DNA of 64,000 nt from Chrysemys picta bellii (Eukaryota): positions 8,370,001 to 8,434,000 of the forward strand of contig NC_088793.1 of assembly GCF_011386835.1 (NCBI RefSeq), given 5' to 3'. The notes under the pieces were generated by a model. That model saw only the letters and a program-made list of their open reading frames with translations, was not told the origin of the DNA and did no database searches. Positions 23,785 through 35,009 of the stretch are shown here, one piece after another. Position 1 is the first letter of the stretch; every line of letters starts with the position of its first letter. A program made the position numbers and the translations under genes.

Positions 23785-24414
23785 CAGGCTGGATTTTAAA
23801 AAATGATTTTTTTCTGGAACAAAGTGGATTTTTTTTTTAATTTAAAATTTATTTTTGATTTTGTAATTTCAATTATAAGTTTTTCTTTTGAAAGAAAATA
23901 AAATCAGAATTTAATACAAACCATGTTAAAGCCTAAATTTATGATTTAGTTGTAAAGGTGAAACGCGTTTTGATAAGAAAAGTTTATGTATTGAAAACAT
24001 TTAATAAAAATAAATATTATATGCTGTTGCCTGTGGTTAATTAAACTAGTTACCATCCTAATCCAGCTTGACACAAATCATGAGCAAGAAGTTAGTTATC
24101 AAGGAAACGAGCAATATCATTCACCATTTTCTAACATAGTAAAAATCCACAATTAGTAAGAATCTGAAAACATTAAGTTATATAATTGCTTAAACAGAGT
24201 TATAGTGCACTAGGTAGCAAAAATATGTAACAAATGTAGTGTAAAGGATCTATTTAGTTGAAGATCAACATTTTAATGGTTATTTCAACCAGTGAATGCA
24301 CCTTTCTTTAAAAAGTAACTGAAGTACAAATGGAAAAGATGATTAAAATCGATGATTTAAATCAGGATTTAAAAAGATGATTTAAACAGCCTTGATATAA
24401 ATCAATCCACCTTG
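23785..24414. mobile_element. Non-autonomous hAT element
   Basis: TIR-like ends caggctggatt / aatccaccttg, repeated gatttaaa subterminal motifs, TSD cctggtag / ccgggcag (6 of 8). Confidence 0.7.
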
Positions 24415-24995
24415 CCGGGCAGGACAAACACAGCACACTTTCCATAAAGGACTGAGAACATGAAGTGCACATTTTGTCAGTGAATGAACTACATCTGTGG
24501 GGAACAAATGAGGCAATGGGTAGGGGCCCTGTGCAAATCACTTTTTTTTTTCCCCAAAAGAAAATTCGTAACAGTGTAAATGGCAAAAAATTAAATTTCC
24601 TGCACTTCCCACAGAATTAATTTTAAAACTAAATTTAGTTAATTGCAAGGATGAAATGAATTCTATAAGTAACTGTAGTCAATTTTGACCAAAGTTACAT
24701 CCTTGAAATTGACTAGTTTAGGTAATTAAAAAAATATATATTTTAAAGGTCATAGTTTGGGGGCATTTTTGCAGTTTACATGCCCTCTATGAAATAATTA
24801 TGTACACGGGGCCTAATGTATGGATATGGAAATGAGATGACTCAATACAAGCGCAACTGGGTGAAATTCTAAGGCCTGTGTTATCCAGGTGGTCAGAGTA
24901 CGCTGCTACGGACTATATGATTGGAATGGTCCCTTCAGGCCTTAACATCTACAATACGCGGAACGTTTCGTGGTCTACTGAACTTTTTACATGTT

Positions 24996-26330
24996 ACATA
25001 AGAACACAAGAATGGCCATACTTGGTCAGACCAACGGGCCACCTAGTCCAGTATCCTATCTTCCAACAGTGGCCGGTGCCAGAGGCTTCAAAGAGAATGA
25101 ATAGAACAGGGCAATTATTGAGTGATCCATCCCATAATCCAGTCCCAGCTTCTGGCAGTCAGAGGCTAGGGGCATCCAGAACATAGGGTTCATCCCTGAT
25201 CATCTTACCTAATATCCATTGATGGACATATCCTCCATGAACTTATCTAATTATTTTTTGAACCCTGTTATATGTTTGGCCTTCCCAACATCCCCTACTA
25301 ATGAGTTCCACAGGTTGACTCTGAATTGTGTGAAGAAGTATTTCCTTTTGTTTCTTTTAAACCAGCTGCCTATCAATTTCATTCGGTGACTCTGGTTCTT
25401 GTGTTATGTGAAGAGGTAAATACCACTTCCTTATTCACTTTCTCCACACCATCCCAGATTTTACAGACTATCATATCTCCGGCTCATCAGTTGTCTCTTT
25501 TCTAAGCTGACCAGTTCCAGACTTCTTAATCTCTCCTCATATGGAAGCTGTGCTGTACCCCTAATCATTTTTGTTGCCCCTCTCTGTACTTTTTCCAATT
25601 CTAATAGATCTTAATTTAAGATGAGGTGACCGTAACTGCATGCAGTAGTCAAGGTGGAGGTGTACCATGGATTTATATAGTGGCGGTATGATACAATCTA
25701 TCCCTTTCCTAATGCTTTATAACATTGTTAGTTTTTTTGCCTGCCATTGCACATTGAGCAAATGTTCTCAGAGAAAAATCCACAATTCTCTTTCTTGAGT
25801 GATGACAGCTAATTTAGACCTCATTGTTTTGTATGTATAGTTGGGAGTACATTTTCCAATGTGCATTATGTTGCATTTATCAACACTGAATTTCAACTGC
25901 CGTTTTCTTGCCCATTCACCCAGTTTTGTGAGATCCCTTTGTAACCCTTCACAGCTTTGGACTTAAATATCTGGAGTAATTTTGTATTGTCTGCAAACTT
26001 TGCCATCTCACTGTTTATCCCTTTTTCCAGATCATTTCTGAATATGTTGAACCTCACAGGTCCCCGGACAGATCCTTGGGGGTCCCCACTGTTTACTCTC
26101 TCCATTCTGAAAACTGACCATTTATTCCTACTCTTTGTTTCCGGTCTTTTAACCAGTTACTGATCATAGGGGGACCTTCCCTCTTTTCCGAAGACTGCCT
26201 ACTTTGCTTAAGAGCCTTTGGCGTGGGACCTTGTTAAAGGCTTTCTGAAAGCCCAAGTACACTATTATCCAATGGATCATCCTTGCTCACATGTTTATTG
26301 ACCCACTCAAAGAATTCTAATAGATTGGTG
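24996..26330 (-). mobile_element. CR1 LINE, about 1.3-kb 3' fragment
   Basis: Minus ORF 25893-26105 (SGDPQGSVRGPVRFNIFRNDLEKGINSEMAKFADNTKL) is a CR1 RT remnant; CR1 3' tail at 24996. Confidence 0.95.
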
Positions 26331-26661
26331 GGTCAAGATTCCATCAACAGCTGGCTATAGAAAGCAACCTTCATTAGGAAGTTAGAGGCGGAGTCTTACT
26401 TAGTGCTATAATGAAAAGCTGGTTACAATCTGAGCAGTAGAGTCTACACCGTGGTTCCATATTTCCTCCAGATGTCTCTCTTCCAGTACTTAAACTACTA
26501 CAGACAGACAAATCTTTTAAGTTCAAGCTTGTTCCATTGGCAAGGCTAAGGGCCAAGCATAACCCCTCTGAAGTCAGTGGAGTAACACCACCAGAGGATT
26601 TGACCCATACGTTTCCACCTTTTGGCCCATGGCAATTTGAACATTTCTCATCTCTCTTTTG

Positions 26662-26708
26662 AATTGAAGCTAATGAAATGAATTGAAGCTAATGAAATGA
26701 ATTGAAGT
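26662..26708. repeat. 19-bp tandem repeat, about 2.5 copies
   Basis: gaattgaagctaatgaaat twice, plus gaattgaag. Confidence 0.9.
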
Positions 26709-27183
26709 TTCTTAAATTATTTTAAGCGGTTGCATTTGATTCAGAATTAAAATTAGATGGCAAATATATCAAAGCTCGGGTAATAAAACAAAGCTACCTA
26801 AACAGGTATTGGGACTTGACACGCCTTTTTGAAAGTGTGCCCTCATTAGCTTATTGAAATATTGTGTCTTTTTCCTTTTACAGCTTGTGCTCTCAACTCT
26901 GTTTGATGTGTTACCATTTTGCAACAGTTGGGGTAGCAGTTTTCTCTCTGCTTTTCCAGTGCTCTCATAATTCCAGTGGATTTTGCAATTTCTTAGCCAG
27001 TATCCCCCTGAAACAGGTGGCAAAGAACTAGAGGTCACACGCCCAATTTAGGGGTGGCGCGGAAAACTGCAATGGAGGACCATGTCTCGGGGGATGCACC
27101 CCAGTATGCCACCATGAATGTAATTATTTGGACCAGAACCTCCTCCCGCTGTCCCTTGTATCAATCTTGTCATGCTCTTAGAG

Positions 27184-27388
27184 CAGGGGTTCTCAAATTG
27201 GGGGGCATAATGTTATGATGTGGGGGGGTCATGACCAGTCAGCCTCAACCCCAAACCCCGCTTCGTCTCCAGCATTTATAACAGTGTTAAATATTTTTAA
27301 AGTGTTTTTAATTGATAAGGGGGGGGGGTCGCACTCAGAGGCTTGCTGTGTGAAAAGGGTCACCAGTACAAAAGTTTGAGAAACACTG
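27184..27388. mobile_element. hAT MITE
   Basis: TIRs caggggttctcaaa / tttgagaaacactg; TSD tcttagag / tcttggag; the same family as 60890. Confidence 0.9.
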
Positions 27389-27444
27389 TCTTGGAGCATG
27401 GTAAGTGAGCAGTCCCTGCACTTAAAAGGAACACAGGGACTGCA

Positions 27445-27750
27445 ATCTAGTTATCTACGAGTTTTATACTGCCACCCATCACTGTAGCGTCTGACTTCTT
27501 TCTGCATGAACCCAATAGCAATAGCAAAGTCCTTAGAGGACTTAATGGAGCCATAGTGCCTGGGCCTTGCTGGGAGGGTCTCTCAAGGGTTGGGGAAGCC
27601 CCCTCATGCCCTATCCACTAGCAAAGACTGCCCAAAAATTTCCATTAGCCAGGACGATTAGAGGCTCTCTCTTGTGACAAACAAGTCAATTGAAGCGGTA
27701 GGGTAAGAACCCAGGAGTGCTAACTCCTAGTTTTACGCTCTTTATACCAT
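27445..27750 (-). mobile_element. Old tRNA-derived SINE with MIR-like head and tail
   Basis: Minus strand begins agagcgtaaaactaggagttagcactcctgggttc and ends gctacagtgatgggtggcagtataaaactcgtagata. Confidence 0.5.
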
Positions 27751-28339
27751 ATCATGAATTTATAATGCACTATTAGCAACATGAAAGTAAAGTATGTCAA
27801 AGGACATGCTGTTCCAGGCCCAGACCAACACAAACACACATTCACTTTGTTCATTATTACTTTAAAAATACAGAACCACTTGTCTTCAAACTTCGCTAGA
27901 ACCTCTTATCTCAAAGAGATCTTCCATATAAAAGGGGTTTGAAATGTCTAGCTTAATTATCAGAACATAATATTTCTGATCAGAACTTGTAGGCAAATTG
28001 TAATGTTTTATTCTTGAAAAACAGACTACATGAACAGTTTTTGCTCAGACTCTTCAGACAACCACCACTGAACGGAGACTGCATAGAAAATTTCAAACTA
28101 GAAGAAATTAGTTTTCATAGATTAAGGCCAGAAAAAATTATTATGAACTAGTCTGATCTCGTGCATAACACAGGCCATCAAACTTCACCCAGAAATTCCT
28201 ACATCACGTCCATAATTTCTGTTGGAGCGATAGCTGCAGCATATTTTGTTAACTGGGGAAAAAAAGAGTCTAGAAGTAGACATCCAACTTCACCTAATAC
28301 ATCTACACTATACACACACACACATATACACACACACAC

Positions 28340-28532
28340 ACCCCTCCACCCCGATATAATGCGACCTGATAGAACATGAATTCGGATATAACGCGGTAAA
28401 GCAGTGCTCCGGGGGGGAGGAGGGAACTACGCACTCTGACGGATCAAAGCGAGTTGGATATAACGCGGTTTCACCTATAATGCGGCACGATTTTTTGGCT
28501 CCCGAGGACAGCGTTATATCGGGGTAGAGGTG
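28340..28532. mobile_element. Tigger-like MITE, copy 2, flanked by (CA)n and (TG)n
   Basis: TIRs cccctccaccccgatataat / gttatatcggggtagaggtg; opposite orientation to copy 1. Confidence 0.9.
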
Positions 28533-28784
28533 TGTGTGTGTGTATATATATATTTTTTGATTTTACTGTGCTTATATTTCAACGTCAGTAGTGGTATAGT
28601 TTACCTTATAGGAACAGCATCACTCATGTACTGCTCTGAGAGGGAATGCATGTACACACCCATGCCCAGTCCCTGAGGAAGGCTGTTTACTACTAATCAT
28701 AAACCAAAGAGGTTACAGAAAGGCATGTGCACAGAGTGGAAAAGAGAGGAAATGGCTAAGAGAGGTAGGTCTGAGTGTATCTGG

Positions 28785-29074
28785 CATAGGCGCCGACTCA
28801 GTTGGTGTTCTGGGGCTGGAAAAAAAATAGTGGGTGCTCAGCCCCCATCAGCCACAGCTGATTGGCTGTGCTGCCAAACAGCTGATCAGTAACGCCACCA
28901 AACAGCTGATTGGAGGCTGGAGCAGGGGTTTGGGGGAAGGCGGAGAGCATTGCAAGCGGCAAGGGGCCTCGAGGAGTGGGCAGAGCAGAGGGCAGGGCAA
29001 CGGGGGAGGGGAGGGGTCTCAGGGTGGAGCAGGAGTGGAGCACTCCCGGGGAAAAGAAAAACTCAGCGCCCATG
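28785..29074. mobile_element. hAT MITE (GC-rich)
   Basis: Ends cataggcgccgac / ctcagcgcccatg; TSD gtatctgg / gtgtctga (6 of 8); internal aaacagctgat repeats. Confidence 0.75.
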
Positions 29075-29582
29075 GTGTCTGATGTTGCTGCTCTCAAGGC
29101 CCTACCAAGCTGCAGCACCTTTCTCAACATCAGTATGGGGACACAAAGCTAACGTTTTAAAAGGAACATTATTTCAAAGACGACTTTCAACCAATTTCAA
29201 AAGATTCAAGCCGACTGGGTTCCCCTTCATTCTAATGCTGATTTTTAACATGTGTTATTTTGCACACACACACATGCACAATGCATATAAATAAATTCAA
29301 GAAAGTCAGGCATAACAGTCACCAGTTTTTGCCATAATGTAAAAAGGAAGGCTCTGTATAAAATTCAATTTACTAAGTCATCTCAATGTTTAAATGTTTA
29401 GACTGAGGCCCTCGATCTTGTTTTCCAACAACGAGACAGACCAATCCAAAAATTGGAGGTCTTCTGAAAGAAAGGCTCCTCAGCAGATAATACTTACATG
29501 TCACTTGATATTATTCAGAGCACTTTACAAACAGATCTAATTAATCCTCACAACACTGGAGAGAGGTAGCTGAGTAACTAAT

Positions 29583-29772
29583 GGGACAGAGTGTGGCTGA
29601 GTGGATAGAGCACTGGACTGGACTCAGGACACCTGGCTTCTATTCCCGACTACCACTGGCCTGCTGAGTAACCACGGGCAAGTTACTTTACATCCCCGTG
29701 CCTCCATTTCTCCATCTGAAACACAGGGATGATACTGACCTCCTTTGTAAGTCACTGAGATCTACTGATGAA
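29583..29772 (+). mobile_element. MIR-like CORE SINE
   Basis: agtggatagagcactggactggactcaggacacctggcttctattccc...gggcaagttac...gtgcctccatttctccatctg. Confidence 0.85.
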
Positions 29773-30524
29773 AAAAAAACTATTAAGTAACAAGTTCTTC
29801 CCTAGACTTAACTGTAATTCAGTATTAAGACACTAATTTATGGCAGTCACTGTATGTTCCAGATGCTTGCAGTTGTTCCTGCAGCCACCTTATGCCCCTC
29901 CCCCCCCATCATCTGATGGTAACATCAATCAGCAGCTTAATAGCATAGACTTCTAGTCACATTCCCAAAATGCAAGTATGCAGAAATAAAGGCATCTGTG
30001 TTCAATTTAAGCAGCAAGCCTTTCATTTATGAGCAACTAAAGTTATTGGATTCTATCATATACCCAAATTGGGGTGGGGAGGCTGGGTTTTTTTAAAGCA
30101 CTCAAGACCTGAATGGCCATCACCAACATTTTGCAACATGCTAGTAAAATCGTTGCACATTGGACTGCAGTCTGATGGTTAATAAAGGGTTTTAAATACA
30201 ATTTCCATGGGTTCCTCCATACAAGTACTGTGGGTCAGATAGGATGGGACTGGGGATCAGTTTTCCAACCTCTGAGTATTTCAGACCATTAGCTACAAAG
30301 CATTTCTGATCAGACACCTGCCACACTAGACCTTTATTAAGGTTTATATTTTTCTGCAATTCACCAATTGCAGTATAAAGAGCTTATTTAATTAGAAGAT
30401 ATGGTACGGTATCTTTGAGATGCCAAATTAATCTTGCAAACCACACTCTTTGAATTTGTGAATTAAAGGCTCCAAGAAGGGCAGTCTATCGTCTATCACT
30501 GCCTGGACTGAAAAGCTGTTGGTT

Positions 30525-30930
30525 TAAACAGATCTCTAAAATGCTGACCAGAAGTCAGGGGCCTTGTAGACACTGGGATAGCTATACTAGCTATGCAAAA
30601 GAGTTTAAACACTGTTATGGCTCGTAAGATTCTAGCATGAGTTAAACAACTTCTTGAAGTGAGATGATCATTAATCTCCATGGCCATCCAACCCTCAGTT
30701 GATGATAGTGCCAACAGGGTTCTCAGCTGAGGTGGTGGTTTGGTGTTGTGGACACCATCCACTGGAAATTAGTCAGAATATCCAACTCCTTTTTCAAAGC
30801 TGAACAGCTAACAGATGGTAAGTATTTCCACCCCTATCAAACGTGGAAGAGATTTCGGCCTGTTACCTAGACATAAAGTGCTCTCTACCCCATTCTTCTT
30901 CTATTGGACCATTTAATACATTCATCCATG
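30525..30930 (-). mobile_element. LF-SINE (ancient lobe-finned fish SINE), near full length
   Basis: Minus strand ...cttaccatctgttagctgttcag...ggagttgg...ccagtggatggtgtccacaacaccaaaccacc...gttggatggccatggagatt matches the recalled LF-SINE consensus colinearly over more than 250 bp. Not database-checked. Confidence 0.75.
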
Positions 30931-33109
30931 GCATAGCACGTGGATCACTGTATTGGATCTCCTATTTTAGTTCTCCAATGACTGTGAAAGTCGCAAACAA
31001 TAATAGGAGATTAACTTCTGAAAGGCACTGGACAAAGTTCAAGTCTGGGGGAAAAGATGGTTCAAACTCTAATCATCTTATTGATACATATCATTATGAT
31101 AAATAGATCTTCCAGTGGACCTAGAGACTTTAACAATGTAACATTTCCCTTAAATTGAAATAATTCTCCACAAAATGTCAGAATATTTGACTTTAAAACC
31201 GAAGCTGTTTTTATAGTGTTCAAATTAAAGGGAAAAAAGTAATTTCTGTACTTCAGTACAATTTCTGAAAAGGAAATACAAAGAAAGTGGTTTTAAAAAA
31301 TGCATTAATGAACAGTATTGTATCCAGACGTAAGGAAACATATGAAATGTATTTCATATGGAACCATGACTGTGTTCAAAATGTGCAAGGCATTACAAGT
31401 AACAAAAGTGAATTTGAAGTAAGTCCCACAAAGGAAAATATCATGGGTTTTGGTTGGGGTTTTTTGGGGGGGGGGGAGGGGGGGGAGGGGGAAGTGTTTG
31501 AAATAGTGATAATTAAAAACTCTACTATCAGGAAAATAAGTAGCACTAGATTCTAATATCATCAGAATATAGATAGATGAAAAAGGCCAGACTATTCAAA
31601 TAGTGTCTGAGTGTTAATAAGTGATTTTACAATATTCATAGGTTTACCAATTCTTTTAAAAGCTCCCAAAACGTTACATATAAAAACTAGAGTAGGACTG
31701 GTAGTGGTACGCAAGTTGTCCAAAAGATCCAACCTAGTAAACACAAGAGCAGTAACAGGTGCCAGATGATGACCTTGACAATGTCTCTCCCTTGTGTAGC
31801 CTTTCAGTTGGCCTCTTGGTGTTGCTATGAAGTTACTGTTACTCTCACTGATTTGTAAAACGACCTACACATCTTTTGTACAGTCTTACATTTGAAGAGG
31901 GGACATAGTGTCTGAATATTTGCATGTTTAAAACAAAATTGTGTCATAATGTGTTTAGTTGCTGAATATCCCTATTTCAGGAGGAAATAATCTACAAAAG
32001 TTTTATTTGTTTTTTCAATCACGTTACAGCAAATTAACTCCCTAGTGTTTGAAGTCTGAAGTGAACTCGTTCCATCATAATTACCTCTCCTTCCTATACA
32101 AGTAGCAGCTTGTGCCAACGAAGCTTGCACTTGCTTTAGAGAACGAGCTAAAGCACTGTAGTATTGCCATGACTGTTTACATTTCTGGAGATGTGTCTGA
32201 AGAACTTATCTGCTTTAGAACACTCCCTTCAGAAGGAATTGTTTAGCATGTAAAACTGCAGAGGCTTTTCAAGGCTGAGGAATTTTTCTATTAAACAATA
32301 CAATGAATATTTTAGAACTTCTGTGTGGTACAAACATATATTTACCGCACATTTCAAGCCATCTTGAGGCGAATTAAACCAATGTATATAATGTATCTCA
32401 TTGGTCTAAACCTGTCTTGCAAAATGGCAGTAAGTCCCCTGCTACTATGGCAATGTAACTATTGGAACTACAAGCCTGCGCGTTCACACACGAGTGCCCA
32501 AAGATATCTAAATGAGAGGCTTGTTTTTCAGAGTTGCTGGACACCCACTGACTTCAATGGAACCCATCGAAGTTCATCGTCTTGACAGTCAGGCCACTAG
32601 GCTTTGGTGCCTCACTATTGGTGCACACAGCAAAATTCTGGTCACAGTACAAAGTCGTTTACCAAGTTGTATGCCCAAGAATAAGTAAAACATCAAGACC
32701 CCGCAGAGATATTCATTTACCAACACCTAATTCACTTTTCTTAACAAGAGGGGCTGAGGATACACAACCAGCAAATTACAGCAAGCACCAGAACCGCCAA
32801 CAAAAAACAAGCCACACAAAAGACAAACCAAATAAACAAAATAAAAAAACTTTGAATGTTTTCTTCTTTCTTTCTTTCTTTCCCCAAGACTCACTCTCCC
32901 ATTTCCTTTGCCTCTATTGTGTCTGTTCCTCTCTGAAGAAAAAGGAATTCTTATTTTTATAAAAACAGCCTTCTGCTGTGCTCCAATTCCACACTCCTCC
33001 TCCTCCCTGTGTAGTTCCACAGCTTCATTCTCTGCACCACGAGCTGTACAGCAGTGTTCACTGGATTATAACAGAAATGCAAAGTACTGATTATATCACC
33101 TCTCAACAG

Positions 33110-33270
33110 AAGACCCCCAAAGTACTTACACAAAGTCCAACAGACATGCAAGTACAACAGTACCCATTTTACAGGCCCAGTGGAGTAAAGTGCCTTGCCT
33201 AAGAATACAAAATGAGTCAGGGATAGATCCCAGTGGCCCTGATTTCCAATCCCATTTTTTAACCACTTAA
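33110..33270 (-). mobile_element. MIR-like SINE fragment
   Basis: cccattttacagg...aaagtgccttgcctaag...gggatagatcccagtggccctgatttccaatccc. Confidence 0.65.
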
Positions 33271-33307
33271 CACTCCCTTATTAATAAAGTTTCACTTCAC
33301 AGACAGA

Positions 33308-33587
33308 GGGCTTGTCTTCACTACCGGGATAAGTCGATCTAAGTTACGCTACTCCATCTATGTGAATAAGGTAGCTGGAGTCGACGTAACTTAGGTCAAT
33401 TTATCCCGTTGTCGACAGGAGACACTCTCCGGTCAACTTTCCTTACTCGTCTCTGAGAGGTTAAGTACCGGGGTCGCCTGGAGAACACTCTGCTGTCGAT
33501 TTAGCAGAACTTCACTAGACCTGCTAAAATCGACCCCTGCTGCATTGAATACAGCAGCATCAAACTCCCCGTAGTGAAGACAAGCCC
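33308..33587. mobile_element. PIF/Harbinger MITE
   Basis: Perfect 17-bp TIRs gggcttgtcttcactac / gtagtgaagacaagccc; flanks aga / aca. Confidence 0.9.
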
Positions 33588-34011
33588 ACAGAACACAAAG
33601 GTACAGTAGGGAGAGCTAGACTTGAAGCAGAGAAGTGGTACATTGACAAGCAGAAACTGCATCTAAAATACCTTTAAGAGAATACAACTTGAATGTTTTG
33701 AAATTGATCAATATACACAAATTCAATTTTCAATAATTTTAAGGGTTTTTCTTCTCATCTGTTTATGTTGGTGGAAAATGAAACTGACTAGAGGGAAAAC
33801 GGTGAAACTGGCTATATCCAAAATGTATCAAATGCACAAAAGTAAACAAACTGGGGGGAAAAAAAGAAAAATAGTATTTTTTCCACTAGCATCTTTCAGT
33901 CCCAATCACTGCAACTCTTGTCTAAAAAAAGATTTAACCCACAAAAGTGCTTATTTTTAAGTTGATGGTGTTTCTTTGCAAAACTGGCCCATTGGCTGAT
34001 CATTGGACAGT

Positions 34012-35009
34012 TGTCAGGGTGCCCAGCACTGTGTCTGCCTCCAGCACAAGGGACCGTGTGTTTAACTGGGTGTCAGCTCCCTAACTCCTTCAGGCCACAA
34101 GCGACTCAAGTACGCTCCTCTGGGCTATGCCAGCTCTGACTTTGCCTTGCAGGTTAACAATAGGTGCACCCCTGTCCCCGAGTCTGTTTTAAGTGTTCCC
34201 TTGTGATATCGAGCCCCTGACCCTGGCTACTTACAGAAATACCAGGCCAAAAGAACAGTACGCAAACCAGTTTGTAACCATCAGCTCAGAACCAGCACTT
34301 TGCTTAACACCACAGCACTCAGATATTCTTCTTTTTACTATAAATGTACATTTATTATCAAAGACTAGAGATCCAGGAGATAGTATGGATATTGGAAACA
34401 AATGGCCACATATGAAATAAAATCATAACATGCTTTCTAGAGACCAAGCTTAACTACCAGCTTAACCTCATGTCTAAAGCGTATCTTATCCAAAGTCCTC
34501 TTCAGCGTTTTCAGTCAAGGTTGGCTGAGATCTCATTTTCATTAATGTAAATGTTCGGTTTACTTCTGAGGTGCAGGATAAGTGGGTGTCTTCTAGATAT
34601 ACCCCGAAAGTTCATTGCCTTTGTTTACAGGCAGGATAACCACCCATAGCTTGTTTTTATTTGTGTGCTGCTTTCCTGTTGACTTCACATCTCTTTGTTA
34701 AGATGCGACTTCTTCTAGAAATATACATCCACTTTGCTTAATTAAGCATGCACAATGCTTAATTTACATCCTGACAGAGATACACATTTCTTACCACCTG
34801 TCTGACAGAAAACCCGTTTTTCACCTTTGCTGGTGATTAATACTTTGATACAGACTAAAAACATGTTTTCAGTATATATACATAACTACTTACATAGTAT
34901 CTGTACATACCGGTTATTAATATCATTGTGAAGTGTAAGACACGAGATTTCATTTGAGATTCATTTGATATTACTGTATCCCCTTGGCTTTAAGGGTTCT
35001 TGGGTCACA
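34012..35009. mobile_element. Probable solo LTR (Gypsy-type)
   Basis: About 1-kb block beginning tgtca and ending gtcaca, with motifs recalled from turtle LTRs; no TSD is resolved. Confidence 0.5.

Noticed and set aside
26662-26708. CRISPR-like or functional array
   Set aside because: Spacerless 19-bp tandem duplication in vertebrate DNA.
27409-27443. 10-bp stem hairpin (also the 9-bp stem at 40756-40777)
   Set aside because: Short stems at this frequency are compatible with chance.
31762-31852. Possible C/D box snoRNA (ATGATGA...CTGA)
   Set aside because: The terminal stem is weak, there are no clear C'/D' boxes or recognisable guide, and it lies opposite the inferred host strand. An Rfam or snoscan search would settle it.
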